Below are positions 28,588 through 38,148 of a stretch of DNA of 64,000 nt, piece after piece. This DNA is from Nitrospirota bacterium (GTDB lineage Bacteria > Nitrospirota > UBA9217), in NCBI GenBank assembly GCA_963840455.1, contig CAWIYV010000014.1, forward strand, positions 288,001-352,000, in the 5' to 3' direction. The position numbers and the translations under genes are program-made. The stretch's first letter is position 1. Each line of letters opens with the position of its first letter. The notes under the pieces are model-generated. The model was given only the letters and a program-made list of their open reading frames with translations. It was not told where the DNA came from and did not search any database.

Positions 28588-28645
28588 ATTACAACACGAT
28601 GGAGGCTTCACTGTCAATACCCCGAAAATACCCGTATAGGGGTAT
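28588..28645 (-). promoter_or_regulatory. Promoter with adjacent CsoR/RcnR-like operator palindrome
   Basis: Minus-strand TTGACA (28617-28612), 18-bp spacer, TGTAAT; ATACCCGTATAGGGGTAT at 28628-28645. Confidence 0.4.
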
Positions 28646-28898
28646 TCCGGAAGCATCCATAGGTAACGAGGCAGGTTACAACGGCTAACGAGGATCAGAC
28701 CTGGAATACTGGAATGTTCAAATATTCAGTTTGTAATATGTACCCTCTGTCTGCTTGGATAGCGTCACAGGTACAGGAAGTCCCTCTGTCCATAAGCACC
28801 TTCTGCAAACCCATTACAGCCTGGGAAACGGGGATCCGCAAGCAGCAATGCCAAACTACGCCCATGACAGAGTAAACATGCGTTGTGGTACAGCTGGC

Positions 28899-29963
28899 CT
28901 ATTGCTTGGCGCGCAGATATTGGACCGGCCAGGGAATATCGACCTTCAGGGCCTTCGCCGCTTCCAGGGGCCAGTAAGGATTGCGAAGCATCGCTCGCGC
29001 GAGAAAGACCACGTCAGCAAGACCGGTAGCCACAATCTGCTCAGCCTGTGCCGGGTCGGTGATGAATCCGACCGTGCCCGTTGCGATCCCCGCTTCCTTG
29101 CGAATAGCTGCGGCAAAAGGTGTCTGGAATCCGGGACCGGCAGGGATGACCGCATCCGGCACCAGTCCCCCTGATGAGCAGTCGATGAGGTCGATGCCCT
29201 GTTCCTTCAGCCGCCGGCAGAGCTCTACGGACTGCTCCAGGTCCCAGCCTCCTTCCGCCCAGTCCGTGGCCGATATGCGCACGAAGACCGGAAGGTCCTG
29301 AGGCCAGATGTCCCGAACTGCGCGGGTGATGCTCAGGGGAAAACGCATGCGGTTCTCAAGACCACCGCCATACTCATCCTTCCGAAGATTCGAGAGTGGC
29401 GAGAGGAACTCATGCAGCAGGTATCCATGCGCGAGATGGACCTCGATGACCTGGAATCCTGCGGCCCGTGCACGCCGGGCTGCAGCTTCGAACTGACTCC
29501 GGACGGCTTCCAGGTCTGCTGCTGTTGCTTCACGAGGCACAGGGTGGCCATGGGCAAAAGGCAGCGGGCTCGGCGCGATCGGCTGCCAGCCCCGCTGGTC
29601 CGGTCCCAGCGGTCCGCCGCCCTGCCAGGGCCGGTCCGTGGAGGCCTTGCGCCCGGCATGGGCGAGCTGGATGCCTGCTGCCGCGCCCTGCTCGCGGATG
29701 AAACGCGCGATCGGTGCGAACGCTTCGGCATGGGCGTCACTCCAGATGCCGCTGTCGTCGGGGCTGATCCGGCCCTCAGGGCTAACGGCCGTTGCTTCGA
29801 CCATCACCAGGCCCGCGCCTCCCACAGCACGGGATCCCAGGTGGACCAGATGCCAGTCACTGGGATAACCGTCGAGACTCGAATATTGACACATAGGGGA
29901 TACGAAGATACGGTTGCGAAACGTCAACGTGCGAAGCTGCAAAAGGGAAAACAAACGGCTCAT
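28899..29963 (-). CDS. NADH:flavin oxidoreductase (Old Yellow Enzyme, YqjM/NamA-like)
   Basis: NRIFVSPMCQYS, EATAVSPEGRIS, QLAHAGRKAS, HLAHGYLLHEFLSP, RISATDW. Confidence 0.92.
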   Translation of the reverse strand: MSRLFSLLQLRTLTFRNRIFVSPMCQYSSLDGYPSDWHLVHLGSRAVGGAGLVMVEATAVSPEGRISPDDSGIWSDAHAEAFAPIARFIREQGAAAGIQLAHAGRKASTDRPWQGGGPLGPDQRGWQPIAPSPLPFAHGHPVPREATAADLEAVRSQFEAAARRARAAGFQVIEVHLAHGYLLHEFLSPLSNLRKDEYGGGLENRMRFPLSITRAVRDIWPQDLPVFVRISATDWAEGGWDLEQSVELCRRLKEQGIDLIDCSSGGLVPDAVIPAGPGFQTPFAAAIRKEAGIATGTVGFITDPAQAEQIVATGLADVVFLARAMLRNPYWPLEAAKALKVDIPWPVQYLRAKQ

Positions 29964-30137
29964 AAACAGTTTCTCCAAGATGGGGTGTCAAATACAGAAT
30001 GAAACATTACGTGTTGCACCGAATAGAACCTATATAGCACAATTAAACGTAGGAGGAAGTAGCTATTTTCCAAAAACTATATCATAAAACGCACGCTACA
30101 AGATATTTGTGGGATTACCTAATTAGGCAATCTACCT

Positions 30138-30200
30138 TGGAAGGTTTCGCCGGATGGGGTGGAAGGTTTCCGTCGGATCAGTTTGTAGGATTTACGGGAT
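30138..30200 (+). repeat. ~22-bp period repeats resembling an IS21-family end remnant
   Basis: TGGAAGGTTTCGCCGGAT and TGGAAGGTTTCCGTCGGAT, plus a degenerate third unit. Confidence 0.4.
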
Positions 30201-30211
30201 TGAGCACGAAA

Positions 30212-30260
30212 CTACCTTGAGGATCGAAGATTCCCCGTAGCTTGCTGCGGGAAGCTTCGA
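30212..30260 (-). mobile_element. Half copy of the MITE
   Basis: CTACCTTGAGGATCGAAGATTCCCCGTAGCTTGCTGCGGGAAGCTTC. Confidence 0.75.
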
Positions 30261-30361
30261 TCAAATGAAAAGGAAGCCTTCACAGCCGGTCCTTTACGGT
30301 TCGATCCTGTCTATCTCATGCTTTTTTGTCCCCAAGCCCAGTCGCTCGGCCTCCCCTGATC

Positions 30362-31840
30362 TCAGGGCAGCCCTTTTTCGATCCGGTAGCGCCTGACGGT
30401 AACCTTGCGAACACGGTCCGCTTCGAGACCTTTCAGTTCCCCGACGCGATGGATCTTCATCATGTTCGTACTTCCGGCGACGCCGATGGGGACCCCCGCG
30501 GTGATCACGATCAGGTCGCGTTTTCGCGCCAGGTCCTTCTCGAGCATGATCGCCTCCACGCTCCTGATCATGTCATCGGTGGTCTTCTTTGTCTTCAGGA
30601 TGACCGGGATCACGCCCCAGTAGAGCGAGACCTTTCGCGCCACCCGCTCGAAGGGCGTAGGGGCGATGATGTCGGCGGCAGGCCGGTGCTTCGATACGAG
30701 GAGCGCGGTGCTGCCGGACTGGGTGAAGGTGACGATAGCGCGCACGTGCTGCTCGGCCGCGGCTCGGCAGGCCGCGTGGGCAACGCTCTCGTCAAGACCG
30801 CCGATGTGCTTGTCCGGCGGAATGGGGTCGAGGGAGGTCTCCGCCTGCACTGCGATGCGCGCCATGACCGATATGGCCTGGACAGGATGCTTCCCGACCG
30901 CCGTCTCGCCGGAGAGCATGACGCAGTCTGTCCCGTCCAGGATGGCGTTTGCCACGTCCGACGCCTCGGCCCGCGTGGGCTGGGGGTTCTCGATCATGCT
31001 TTCCAGCATCTGGGTGGCGGTGATGACCGGCTTTTCGGCGTCGTTGCAGGCGCGGATGATCAGTTTCTGGAGCAGCGGCACCTGCTCGGGCGACATCTCC
31101 ACGCCGAGGTCCCCCCGCGCGACCATGATGCCGTCGGCCGCCTGGATGATCTCATTGAGATTTCGAATGGCCTCGGGTTTCTCGATCTTTGCGATGATCG
31201 GGATATCCGCGCCGGCCTTCCGGATGAATGACCTCGTTGCCTCGATATCCGATGCGGAGCGGACAAAGGACAGTGCGATATAATCCACGCCCCGCCCGAT
31301 GCCGAACAGGATGTCCTGCCGGTCCTTCGGGGAGAGAGAAGGGAGGATTAGGTTCGCTCCCGGCAGGTTCACCCCTTTGTGGCTTTTCAGCGTGCCGCCG
31401 CGGATGACCTTGCACTGAAGTCCGCTGCCGCTCCTCCGAATGACCCTGAGCTCGAGCCTTCCATCGTCGAACAGCACGGTATCGCCTGGTCTCAGGTCCT
31501 TCGCAAGGCGGGGATAGGTAATGGAGATCAAGCTGCTCGTGCCAACGACCTTTTTTGCCGTGAGCGTCATGATAGCTCCCCGTTTCAGCGCCACGCCGTC
31601 ATTCTGCATGTTCCCGACCCGGAGCTTCGGTCCCTGGAGGTCCTGGATGATGGCGATGGGCTTGCCCGCCGATATCGACGCCTGCCGGATGAGCCGGATG
31701 CGGGTGATGTGGTCCTTCCGCTCGCCGTGGGAGAAATTTAGCCGCGCTGCATCCATGCCCGCATGGATGAGCTTCGCGATAACAGCTGGAGAACTGGACG
31801 CCGGGCCGATGGTGGCGATGATCTTGGTGCGTTTGGGCAT
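30362..31840 (-). CDS. pyk: Pyruvate kinase
   Basis: RTKIIATIGP, ARLNFSHG, DLQGPKLR, IAKIEKPEA, MVARGDLG, ATQMLESM, MLSGETA. Confidence 0.97.
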   Translation of the reverse strand: MPKRTKIIATIGPASSSPAVIAKLIHAGMDAARLNFSHGERKDHITRIRLIRQASISAGKPIAIIQDLQGPKLRVGNMQNDGVALKRGAIMTLTAKKVVGTSSLISITYPRLAKDLRPGDTVLFDDGRLELRVIRRSGSGLQCKVIRGGTLKSHKGVNLPGANLILPSLSPKDRQDILFGIGRGVDYIALSFVRSASDIEATRSFIRKAGADIPIIAKIEKPEAIRNLNEIIQAADGIMVARGDLGVEMSPEQVPLLQKLIIRACNDAEKPVITATQMLESMIENPQPTRAEASDVANAILDGTDCVMLSGETAVGKHPVQAISVMARIAVQAETSLDPIPPDKHIGGLDESVAHAACRAAAEQHVRAIVTFTQSGSTALLVSKHRPAADIIAPTPFERVARKVSLYWGVIPVILKTKKTTDDMIRSVEAIMLEKDLARKRDLIVITAGVPIGVAGSTNMMKIHRVGELKGLEADRVRKVTVRRYRIEKGLP

Positions 31841-31856
31841 GGTGTACCTCTTAGAT

Positions 31857-31981
31857 TCAGTAAACAGTATACGGTAGACAGTAAACGGGGGAAGCAAAGG
31901 AAGCCTTAGTCAGCACGCGGGAAACAAGTTTCCGCATTTGTTCCTCTCCCTGTCTACCGTTTACCGACTGCTGTTTACTGA
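31857..31981. repeat. Gene-less inverted heptamer array pair (CAGTAAA-type)
   Basis: TCAGTAAACAGTATACGGTAGACAGTAAACGG ... CTGTCTACCGTTTACCGACTGCTGTTTACTGA. Confidence 0.75.
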
Positions 31982-31982
31982 T

Positions 31983-33107
31983 TTATGGTTCTATGGTGAT
32001 CAGTTCATACTGCTTCGTTCCCAGACCCAGACGCTCGCACTCATCGATCTGGAGCTGCAGGGGACGGGGGTTGAGCTTCGCCAGGATATCGTCTCCCGGC
32101 CTCAGCTTCGCGTCCTCTGCCGCCGACTGGGGCAGGGGAGTCGCCTGCCGAAGCATGTCCACCGACGCCTGCTCGATGGCCACAAGGTCGTCGGAGACCA
32201 TAATGCCCTGATCCTGGACGACCGGCACGTCGGCCACGGGCATGCAGTCGCATTCGGGCTGGACCTGGAAGAGGAAGTTGACGTAGACCACCTTGCCCTT
32301 GTTGAAGGTGGAAAGCACTGCCGCGGCTGACTCGGCCATGCTCTTCATGAACGTCTCGTCGTCCTGTGGCAGCGTCAGCGCGCCTTCCTGGCAGACGCGC
32401 GAGCATCTGCCGCAGTGCCAGCAGGTCTCCCCGTCATAGGTGAACTCGTTGTCCTTGAACTCAATGGAGTCGAGCGGGCAGATCTCTGCGCACTGCTGGC
32501 AGCGGGTGCAGAGATCGCCGTTCCAGACGAGCCCCTTCTCGCCGTGGCAATGCATGCCGCCCCGGCCCTTCTGCCACCCCTGGTCGCGGTGCCTGCCGCT
32601 GACGCAGCCCATGGCCAGGTTCTTGATGGCGCCGGCATAGCCCGAGTTGATATGGCCCTTGGTGTGTGAACAGACCACCATGGCAGGCGCGTCATGGATG
32701 ACCGATGCCACGGCGATATCGCCGAGCAGGGGGCCGGCCTTCGTCAGGATGCTGTCCTTCCCGTACAACCCGTCGGCCAGCACCAGCGGCGCGCCGCAGG
32801 AGAGGTGGTTCAGGCCGTTCTGGTTCGCCACCTCGAGGTAATCGAGCCCCTTGATGCGCACCGTGTCGGTCACGAAGGGCTTGGCGCCGGTCCTGTTGAC
32901 CGCCTCCACGACCTTCCGAAGCATCACTGCAGGGATGATGCGGAACGCGCCCGGCGAGCCCCAGTGGGTCTTGACCGCGACCCAGTCATCCTTCGACAGC
33001 CGTTTTTTCAGGTCGAGCTTCTCGAGCAGCGCTTCGAGCTTGCCCGGCACGCTATTCTCGTAGTTCCAGCGGAGGGTGCGGGCGGTGGAAAAGTAGACTA
33101 GTGACAT
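31983..33107 (-). CDS. DUF362 domain protein with inserted 2x[4Fe-4S] ferredoxin
   Basis: VAVKTHWG, PFVTDT, SHTKGH..SGYAGAIKNLAMGC, two CxxCxxCxxxC motifs, PECDC, D.VAIEQAS. Confidence 0.88.
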   Translation of the reverse strand: MSLVYFSTARTLRWNYENSVPGKLEALLEKLDLKKRLSKDDWVAVKTHWGSPGAFRIIPAVMLRKVVEAVNRTGAKPFVTDTVRIKGLDYLEVANQNGLNHLSCGAPLVLADGLYGKDSILTKAGPLLGDIAVASVIHDAPAMVVCSHTKGHINSGYAGAIKNLAMGCVSGRHRDQGWQKGRGGMHCHGEKGLVWNGDLCTRCQQCAEICPLDSIEFKDNEFTYDGETCWHCGRCSRVCQEGALTLPQDDETFMKSMAESAAAVLSTFNKGKVVYVNFLFQVQPECDCMPVADVPVVQDQGIMVSDDLVAIEQASVDMLRQATPLPQSAAEDAKLRPGDDILAKLNPRPLQLQIDECERLGLGTKQYELITIEP

Positions 33108-33108
33108 A

Positions 33109-33948
33109 TCAACCCTCTTCCTTGATCATCAGTCCGATCTTGTAGATCTCTTTTTTCGGCATGCCGAGGTCGTGAGCGGCCACGGCGATCGCCTCCTTCT
33201 TGGGCAACCCCCGGTGCAGGATAAGGTTCTTGAGATACTCCTCGGGCGAGATGTTCACCCGGTCCGCTCCCGATGCAGTTGCCTCAACGATGATCGTGAA
33301 TTCGCCTTTCATGCTGCCCGCTTCGAGCTGCCTCCTGACATCAGGGATGCGACCCCGGAGGACCTGCTCGTGGACCTTGGTCAGTTCGCGGGTAAGGACC
33401 GCTTTCCGGTCGCCCAGGACCGTCTGCATGTCCTCGAGCGCCTGCATGATCCGGTGGGGGGCTTCGTAGAAAATGAGGGTGCGCTCTTCCTTGGCGAGCT
33501 CGGTGAGCCGTTTCATCCTGGCAGTATGCTTGCTCGGCAAAAATCCCTCGAACACGAACCGGTCCGTGGGCAGCCCGGACACGGACAGCGCGGCGATGGC
33601 AGCGGTTGCGCCGGGAATGGGGACCACGGGGACCTTCTGGTCTATGGCAAGGTTGATAAGGAAGTAGCCCGGGTCCGAAATGCCAGGTGTCCCTGCGTCG
33701 GAAACAAGCGCGATGCTCTTCCCTTCGAGAAGGCGGGAGACCAGGACCGGGGCCTTCTCTTCCTTGTTGTGGTCGTGGTAGCTCGTCAGCGGTGTGTGGA
33801 TATCGAACTTGGAGAGCAGTTTCTGGGTGTGGCGCGTGTCCTCAGCGGCGATGGCGTCCGCTTCTTTCAGGACGCGGATTGCCCGGAGGGTGATGTCCTC
33901 GAGGTTGCCGATGGGTGTGGCGACGATATAAAGAACACCAAGTGGCAT
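33109..33948 (-). CDS. rsmI: 16S rRNA (cytidine1402-2'-O)-methyltransferase
   Basis: LYIVATPIGNLEDIT, AAEDTRHT, SDAGTPGISDPG, FEGFLP, YEAPHR, RELTK.HE. Confidence 0.96.
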   Translation of the reverse strand: MPLGVLYIVATPIGNLEDITLRAIRVLKEADAIAAEDTRHTQKLLSKFDIHTPLTSYHDHNKEEKAPVLVSRLLEGKSIALVSDAGTPGISDPGYFLINLAIDQKVPVVPIPGATAAIAALSVSGLPTDRFVFEGFLPSKHTARMKRLTELAKEERTLIFYEAPHRIMQALEDMQTVLGDRKAVLTRELTKVHEQVLRGRIPDVRRQLEAGSMKGEFTIIVEATASGADRVNISPEEYLKNLILHRGLPKKEAIAVAAHDLGMPKKEIYKIGLMIKEEG

Positions 33949-33965
33949 AGGATTCAAGACCTTTT

Positions 33966-34078
33966 ACCGCGAGGGCGCGAAGAGCGCGAGGACTGCAAAG
34001 GCAAGGACATTTTGTGTTATTAACACCAGAAACAAGACGTTGACCTGTTTCCCCCTGCGTCCCTCGCGCCTTCGCGGT
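33966..34078. repeat. Inverted 9-mer-period repeat pair (ACCGCGAAGGCGCGAAG family)
   Basis: Arms at 33966-33991 and 34054-34078; near-identical single arm at 49957-49982. Confidence 0.7.
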
Positions 34079-34092
34079 GAGAACATTCCCTG

Positions 34093-35802
34093 CTAGTAGC
34101 TTCTGTACCGGTTCGTGATCGGGAACCTTCTGTCCTTCCCCAGCCCCCGCGGCGTGATCTTGACGCCCGGCGGCGCCTGTCTGCGCTTGTACTCGCTGGA
34201 ATCCACGAGCCGGATCACCTTCTCCACCGTCTTTCGGTCGAAGCCCATCTTCAGGATCTCGCGGAAGTCCTTATTGTCCTCTACATAGGCCTTCAGGATG
34301 GGGTCCAGCACGGGATAGAGGGGCAGGGAATCGCTGTCCTTCTGGTTCGGCCGCAGCTCGGCGGTCGGCGCCTTGGTCATGACCCGCTTCGGGATGATCG
34401 TCCTCCCTTCCAGGCGGTTCACGCACCGGCAGATGTCGTACACGAGGGTCTTGGGTACGTCCTTGATCACAGCGAACCCGCCTGCCATATCGCCGTAGAG
34501 CGTTGCGTAGCCCACGGACATCTCGCTCTTGTTCCCCGTGGTCAGCACGAGCCAGCCGAACTTGTTCGAGAGCGCCATGAGCAGATTTCCGCGGATGCGC
34601 GCCTGCAGGTTCTCCTCGGTCACGTCCTGCTTTGTCCGGGCGAACTCACAGCGCAGCGTATTGAGGTAGGAATCGAAGGTCTGCTGGATGGAGATCTCGA
34701 GGAAATGGATGCCGAGATTCTTCGCGAGCCCCAGGGCATCCTCGCGGCTCTCCCGGGAGCTGAACTGGGAAGGCATGAACACGCCGACCACGTTCTTGCT
34801 GCCGATCGCTTCCACGGCAACGGCCGCAACCAGGGAGGAATCGACGCCGCCGGACAGGCCTATCACCGCGGACTTGAACCCGGTCTTTTGGACATAATCA
34901 CGCGTGCCGAGCACGAGCGCCTGGTAGACCTCCTCACAGACAGGAAGGGGCCGGCTGGACTGCCGCGCGGAGACTGCCTTCCTTTTCGGCGCCGGCCGCT
35001 CGGAAAGGACGATGCGGTCGATGGATTCGAAATGCTGTGTCTTCGCTGGGCCGACCGCGGCCTTCCTGTCCGGGACCTTGAGGTCGGTGATCAGGAGGTC
35101 TTCCTCGAACTGCCGTCCCGATACGAGCAGTCTGCCTTTTCCGTCGATGACCATGCTCTGACCGTCGAAGACCAGCTCATCCTGGCCGCCCACAGCATTG
35201 GTGTAGGACACGATGACGTTGCTCTCTCTCGCCCGTTCAGCGAGCATCTTGAGCCGTTCTTTGCCCTTTCCTTTGTGGTAAGGAGAGGCATTGATGTTGA
35301 TAATCACCTCGGCGCCTGCCAGGGCAAGGGAGCGCGTGGGTCCTTCGCTGAACCAGATGTCCTCGCAGATGTTCACGCCGAGCTTTATTCCCCACAAGGT
35401 GATGAGGGGATAGCGGTTCCCGGGACGGAAATAGCGGTACTCGTCGAAGACACCGTAGTTCGGCAGCAGGATCTTGTGGTACACAGATGCCAGGCTCCCA
35501 TTGTGGAGGATTGCCGCTGCGTTGTACAGCCGCTCCTTCTTGTCGACAAACCCGACAACAGCGGTGATGCCCCTGGTCGCCCGTTGGATGTCCTTGAGCG
35601 TCCTCAGGTTGTCATTCACGAACTGCGGCTTGAGCAGCAGGTCCTCGGGGGGATAGCCGGTCACGGCGAGCTCGGGGAAGGCCACGATGTCGGCCCCGGC
35701 CTTCCGGGCGCGGCCGATCGTTTCGATGATCCGGTCCCGATTGCCGGCGAGGTCGCCGACCGTGGGGTTGATCTGTGCCATGGCAATGCGAAGGGTTCTC
35801 AT
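34093..35802 (-). CDS. nadE: Glutamine-dependent NAD+ synthetase
   Basis: Nitrilase domain (FPELAVTGYPPEDL, NICEDIW), GLSGGVDS, ENLQARIRG, TGNKSE, TAELRPNQ.D.DSLP. Confidence 0.96.
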   Translation of the reverse strand: MRTLRIAMAQINPTVGDLAGNRDRIIETIGRARKAGADIVAFPELAVTGYPPEDLLLKPQFVNDNLRTLKDIQRATRGITAVVGFVDKKERLYNAAAILHNGSLASVYHKILLPNYGVFDEYRYFRPGNRYPLITLWGIKLGVNICEDIWFSEGPTRSLALAGAEVIININASPYHKGKGKERLKMLAERARESNVIVSYTNAVGGQDELVFDGQSMVIDGKGRLLVSGRQFEEDLLITDLKVPDRKAAVGPAKTQHFESIDRIVLSERPAPKRKAVSARQSSRPLPVCEEVYQALVLGTRDYVQKTGFKSAVIGLSGGVDSSLVAAVAVEAIGSKNVVGVFMPSQFSSRESREDALGLAKNLGIHFLEISIQQTFDSYLNTLRCEFARTKQDVTEENLQARIRGNLLMALSNKFGWLVLTTGNKSEMSVGYATLYGDMAGGFAVIKDVPKTLVYDICRCVNRLEGRTIIPKRVMTKAPTAELRPNQKDSDSLPLYPVLDPILKAYVEDNKDFREILKMGFDRKTVEKVIRLVDSSEYKRRQAPPGVKITPRGLGKDRRFPITNRYRSY

Positions 35803-35942
35803 AAACTCGCGCGCAGATGAATATTCTCTATGCCATTATCTCGCAACGACACGAAGACACAAAGACCGAATGCTATCTTTCGCAGGGGCGCAGAGAGCGC
35901 AGAGAAAATCGTTCGTTTTACTACGGTTGCTATAGGCAATGT

Positions 35943-37106
35943 TTATTGATGGAGCGAACGTTTCGCGGACTCCATGACTTCCTTTACAGGCACTTTTTTC
36001 ACATCGGCGATCCGCCGGCAGTCATCATACTCCGGTGTGACGGTCATGATCTCATCGCCCCGTCTGCTGATCTTGACGCGGACTGTTCCGTAGGAGGTCT
36101 CCACCTGCCGGACCTCGCGCTGGAGCTTCTTCCTGCCCGTTTCACGGATACGGACGCCGATGCTGGTCGTTTCCCGGAAGAGCGTGTCCAGCACCGCGTC
36201 GCTGCTCTTGCGGTCGCACAGGACGGATAGGAGGATGCCGGGCCTGCCCTTTTTCATGATGATGGGCGTGAGATAGGCGTCCTGCGCACCCTGCGCGAGA
36301 AGCTTTTCGATCACGTGGTCGTAGAGCTGAGGATTCATATCATCGATGTTCGTCTCGATCAGCGTTGACGTGTCCTCGTCGTAAACGGGGAGGAGCTCCC
36401 CGATCATCAAACGAAGCACGTTCGGCTGGCCGGAGAAGTCCTTGTTCCCTGCGCCATGGGCGATCCTGTTGACCTTCATCTGCGGCAACAGCCCGAACGA
36501 TGCCGCGAGCGTGCTGATGATTGCAGCCCCCGTCGGGGTTGTGAGCTCGAAGGCTATGGATGATGAGTAGAGCGGGATGTTCCTGAGCAGTTCAACAGTG
36601 GCAGGTGCGGGAACGGGCAGTTTCCCATGGGCCATATGGACCGTGCCCGAACCTACATTGACCGGAGAACCAATGATCTCGGTGATACCGAGGTGCTCGA
36701 GCCCGATGACCGAACCGACAATGTCCACCAAGGCGTCCACCGCGCCGACCTCGTGGAAGTGGACCCGGTCGGGGGTAGTGCCGTGGACCTTCGCTTCGAC
36801 CTCGGCCAGCCGATGGAAGATGGCCAGGCTCTTCTGTTGAATTACAGGGGAGAGGGACGAGCCATTGATGATGCGGCTGATGTCAGCAAGGTGGCGGGCA
36901 GGCTGTTCCTTCTTATCCAGGACGACATGGACCTTTGTGGCCGAGATGCCCGACCGCCTTACCTTCTCGCTCGAGAGCGTATAACCGGTGAGGTCAAGCT
37001 TCGCGAGCTCCGCGCGCAGAACCTCAAGGGGAAACCCTGCGTCCACGAGGGCGCCCAGGGTCATATCGCCGGAGATGCCGGAAAAACAGTCGAAGTAGGC
37101 TAGCAT
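35943..37106 (-). CDS. larC: Nickel-pincer cofactor Ni insertase
   Basis: YFDCFSGISGDM.LGAL, HFHEVGAVD, ELTTPTGAA, ETNIDDMNP, MKKGRPG, ETTSIGVR, PEYDDC. Confidence 0.93.
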   Translation of the reverse strand: MLAYFDCFSGISGDMTLGALVDAGFPLEVLRAELAKLDLTGYTLSSEKVRRSGISATKVHVVLDKKEQPARHLADISRIINGSSLSPVIQQKSLAIFHRLAEVEAKVHGTTPDRVHFHEVGAVDALVDIVGSVIGLEHLGITEIIGSPVNVGSGTVHMAHGKLPVPAPATVELLRNIPLYSSSIAFELTTPTGAAIISTLAASFGLLPQMKVNRIAHGAGNKDFSGQPNVLRLMIGELLPVYDEDTSTLIETNIDDMNPQLYDHVIEKLLAQGAQDAYLTPIIMKKGRPGILLSVLCDRKSSDAVLDTLFRETTSIGVRIRETGRKKLQREVRQVETSYGTVRVKISRRGDEIMTVTPEYDDCRRIADVKKVPVKEVMESAKRSLHQ

Positions 37107-37116
37107 TATAACACCA

Positions 37117-37195
37117 TTCAACGTTCAAGATTTAAGGTAAAAGGATCAACGTTCAATATCCATTCTTTAAACCTTGAACGTTCAACCTTAGAATT
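37117..37195. repeat. Gene-less inverted heptamer arrays (TTCAACG-type)
   Basis: TTCAACG TTCAAGA TTTAAGG ... ATCAACG TTCAA, then CTTTAAAC CTTGAAC GTTCAAC CTTAGAA. Confidence 0.6.
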
Positions 37196-37198
37196 CCG

Positions 37199-37954
37199 TT
37201 ATTTCTCTCCCAGCAGGTTTATCCTATGCGCCAGGACTCCGGCGCCGAAGCCGTTGTCGATGTTCATGACCGCGATGCCCGAGGAGCAGGAGTTCAGCAT
37301 GGTGAGGAGCGGGGCAAGTCCCTGGAACCCTGCGCCGTAGCCGATGCTTGTCGGCACAGCGATGATCGGCCTGTCAACCAGCCCGCCCACGACAGACGGT
37401 AGGGCGCCGTCCATGCCCGCGACCACGACGATGACGCGCGCGGAATCAAGAATGGTCTTCTTGCTCAGGATGCGGTGGATGCCTGCCACGCCCACATCAT
37501 ACACGGTCTGGACCGTACTGCCCAGTGTCCCGGCGGTCACTGCGGCCTCTTCGGCAATGGGAATATCGGAGGTCCCTGCGGTGAGAACAAGGACGACCCC
37601 TGCGGTCAGGTCCTTCTTATTGTGTTCAATAACGATCGCCCGCGATGACTTATAATAGACCGCGCGGCGGTCCAGTTTTTTTACCGCCTTGAACACGGCG
37701 TCAGATGCCCGGGTGGCAAGGATATCGCTGCCCGCCTTCAGCATGCGTTTGGTGATGCCGGTGATCTGCCCGATGGTCTTGCCCTCGCAGTAGATCACCT
37801 CGGGCATGCCGTGGCGCAGGCCCCGGTGGTGGTCGATGTGGGCGTAGGCCACGTCCTCGAAGGGGAGGTGCTTCAATCGGCCAAGGGCCGCCTGCACGGT
37901 GATCCTTCCGGACCGGACCTGTTCAAGCAATTTGGTAATATCGGATGGGTTCAT
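37199..37954 (-). CDS. larB: Nickel-pincer cofactor NaAD carboxylase/hydrolase
   Basis: DHHR..R.G.PEVIYCEGKT, AGTSDIPIAEEA, DVGVAGIHR, AGMDGALPSVVGGL, PTSIGYG, NIDNGFGA. Confidence 0.95.
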   Translation of the reverse strand: MNPSDITKLLEQVRSGRITVQAALGRLKHLPFEDVAYAHIDHHRGLRHGMPEVIYCEGKTIGQITGITKRMLKAGSDILATRASDAVFKAVKKLDRRAVYYKSSRAIVIEHNKKDLTAGVVLVLTAGTSDIPIAEEAAVTAGTLGSTVQTVYDVGVAGIHRILSKKTILDSARVIVVVAGMDGALPSVVGGLVDRPIIAVPTSIGYGAGFQGLAPLLTMLNSCSSGIAVMNIDNGFGAGVLAHRINLLGEK

Positions 37955-38064
37955 AATTTGAATTTTCGAGCGAACAACATGGTTATAACCACGTATCCCG
38001 CCGTGCGGGAAACAGGGAATATTTATGGTTTCATACTATAATTGGCATTATATGACTTTCCTAT

Positions 38065-38148
38065 CGTCATTTCCGCAGGTATTTTGAGCGGATCCAGTCT
38101 CGATCTTCTTAAACAATGGATCCCCGATAAAGGCCTGCGGGGATGACG
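38065..38148. repeat. GTCATxCCCG...GGATGAC palindromic element
   Basis: CGTCATTTCCGCAGG / CCTGCGGGGATGACG outer inverted repeat; inner GGATCCA / TGGATCC. Confidence 0.65.
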
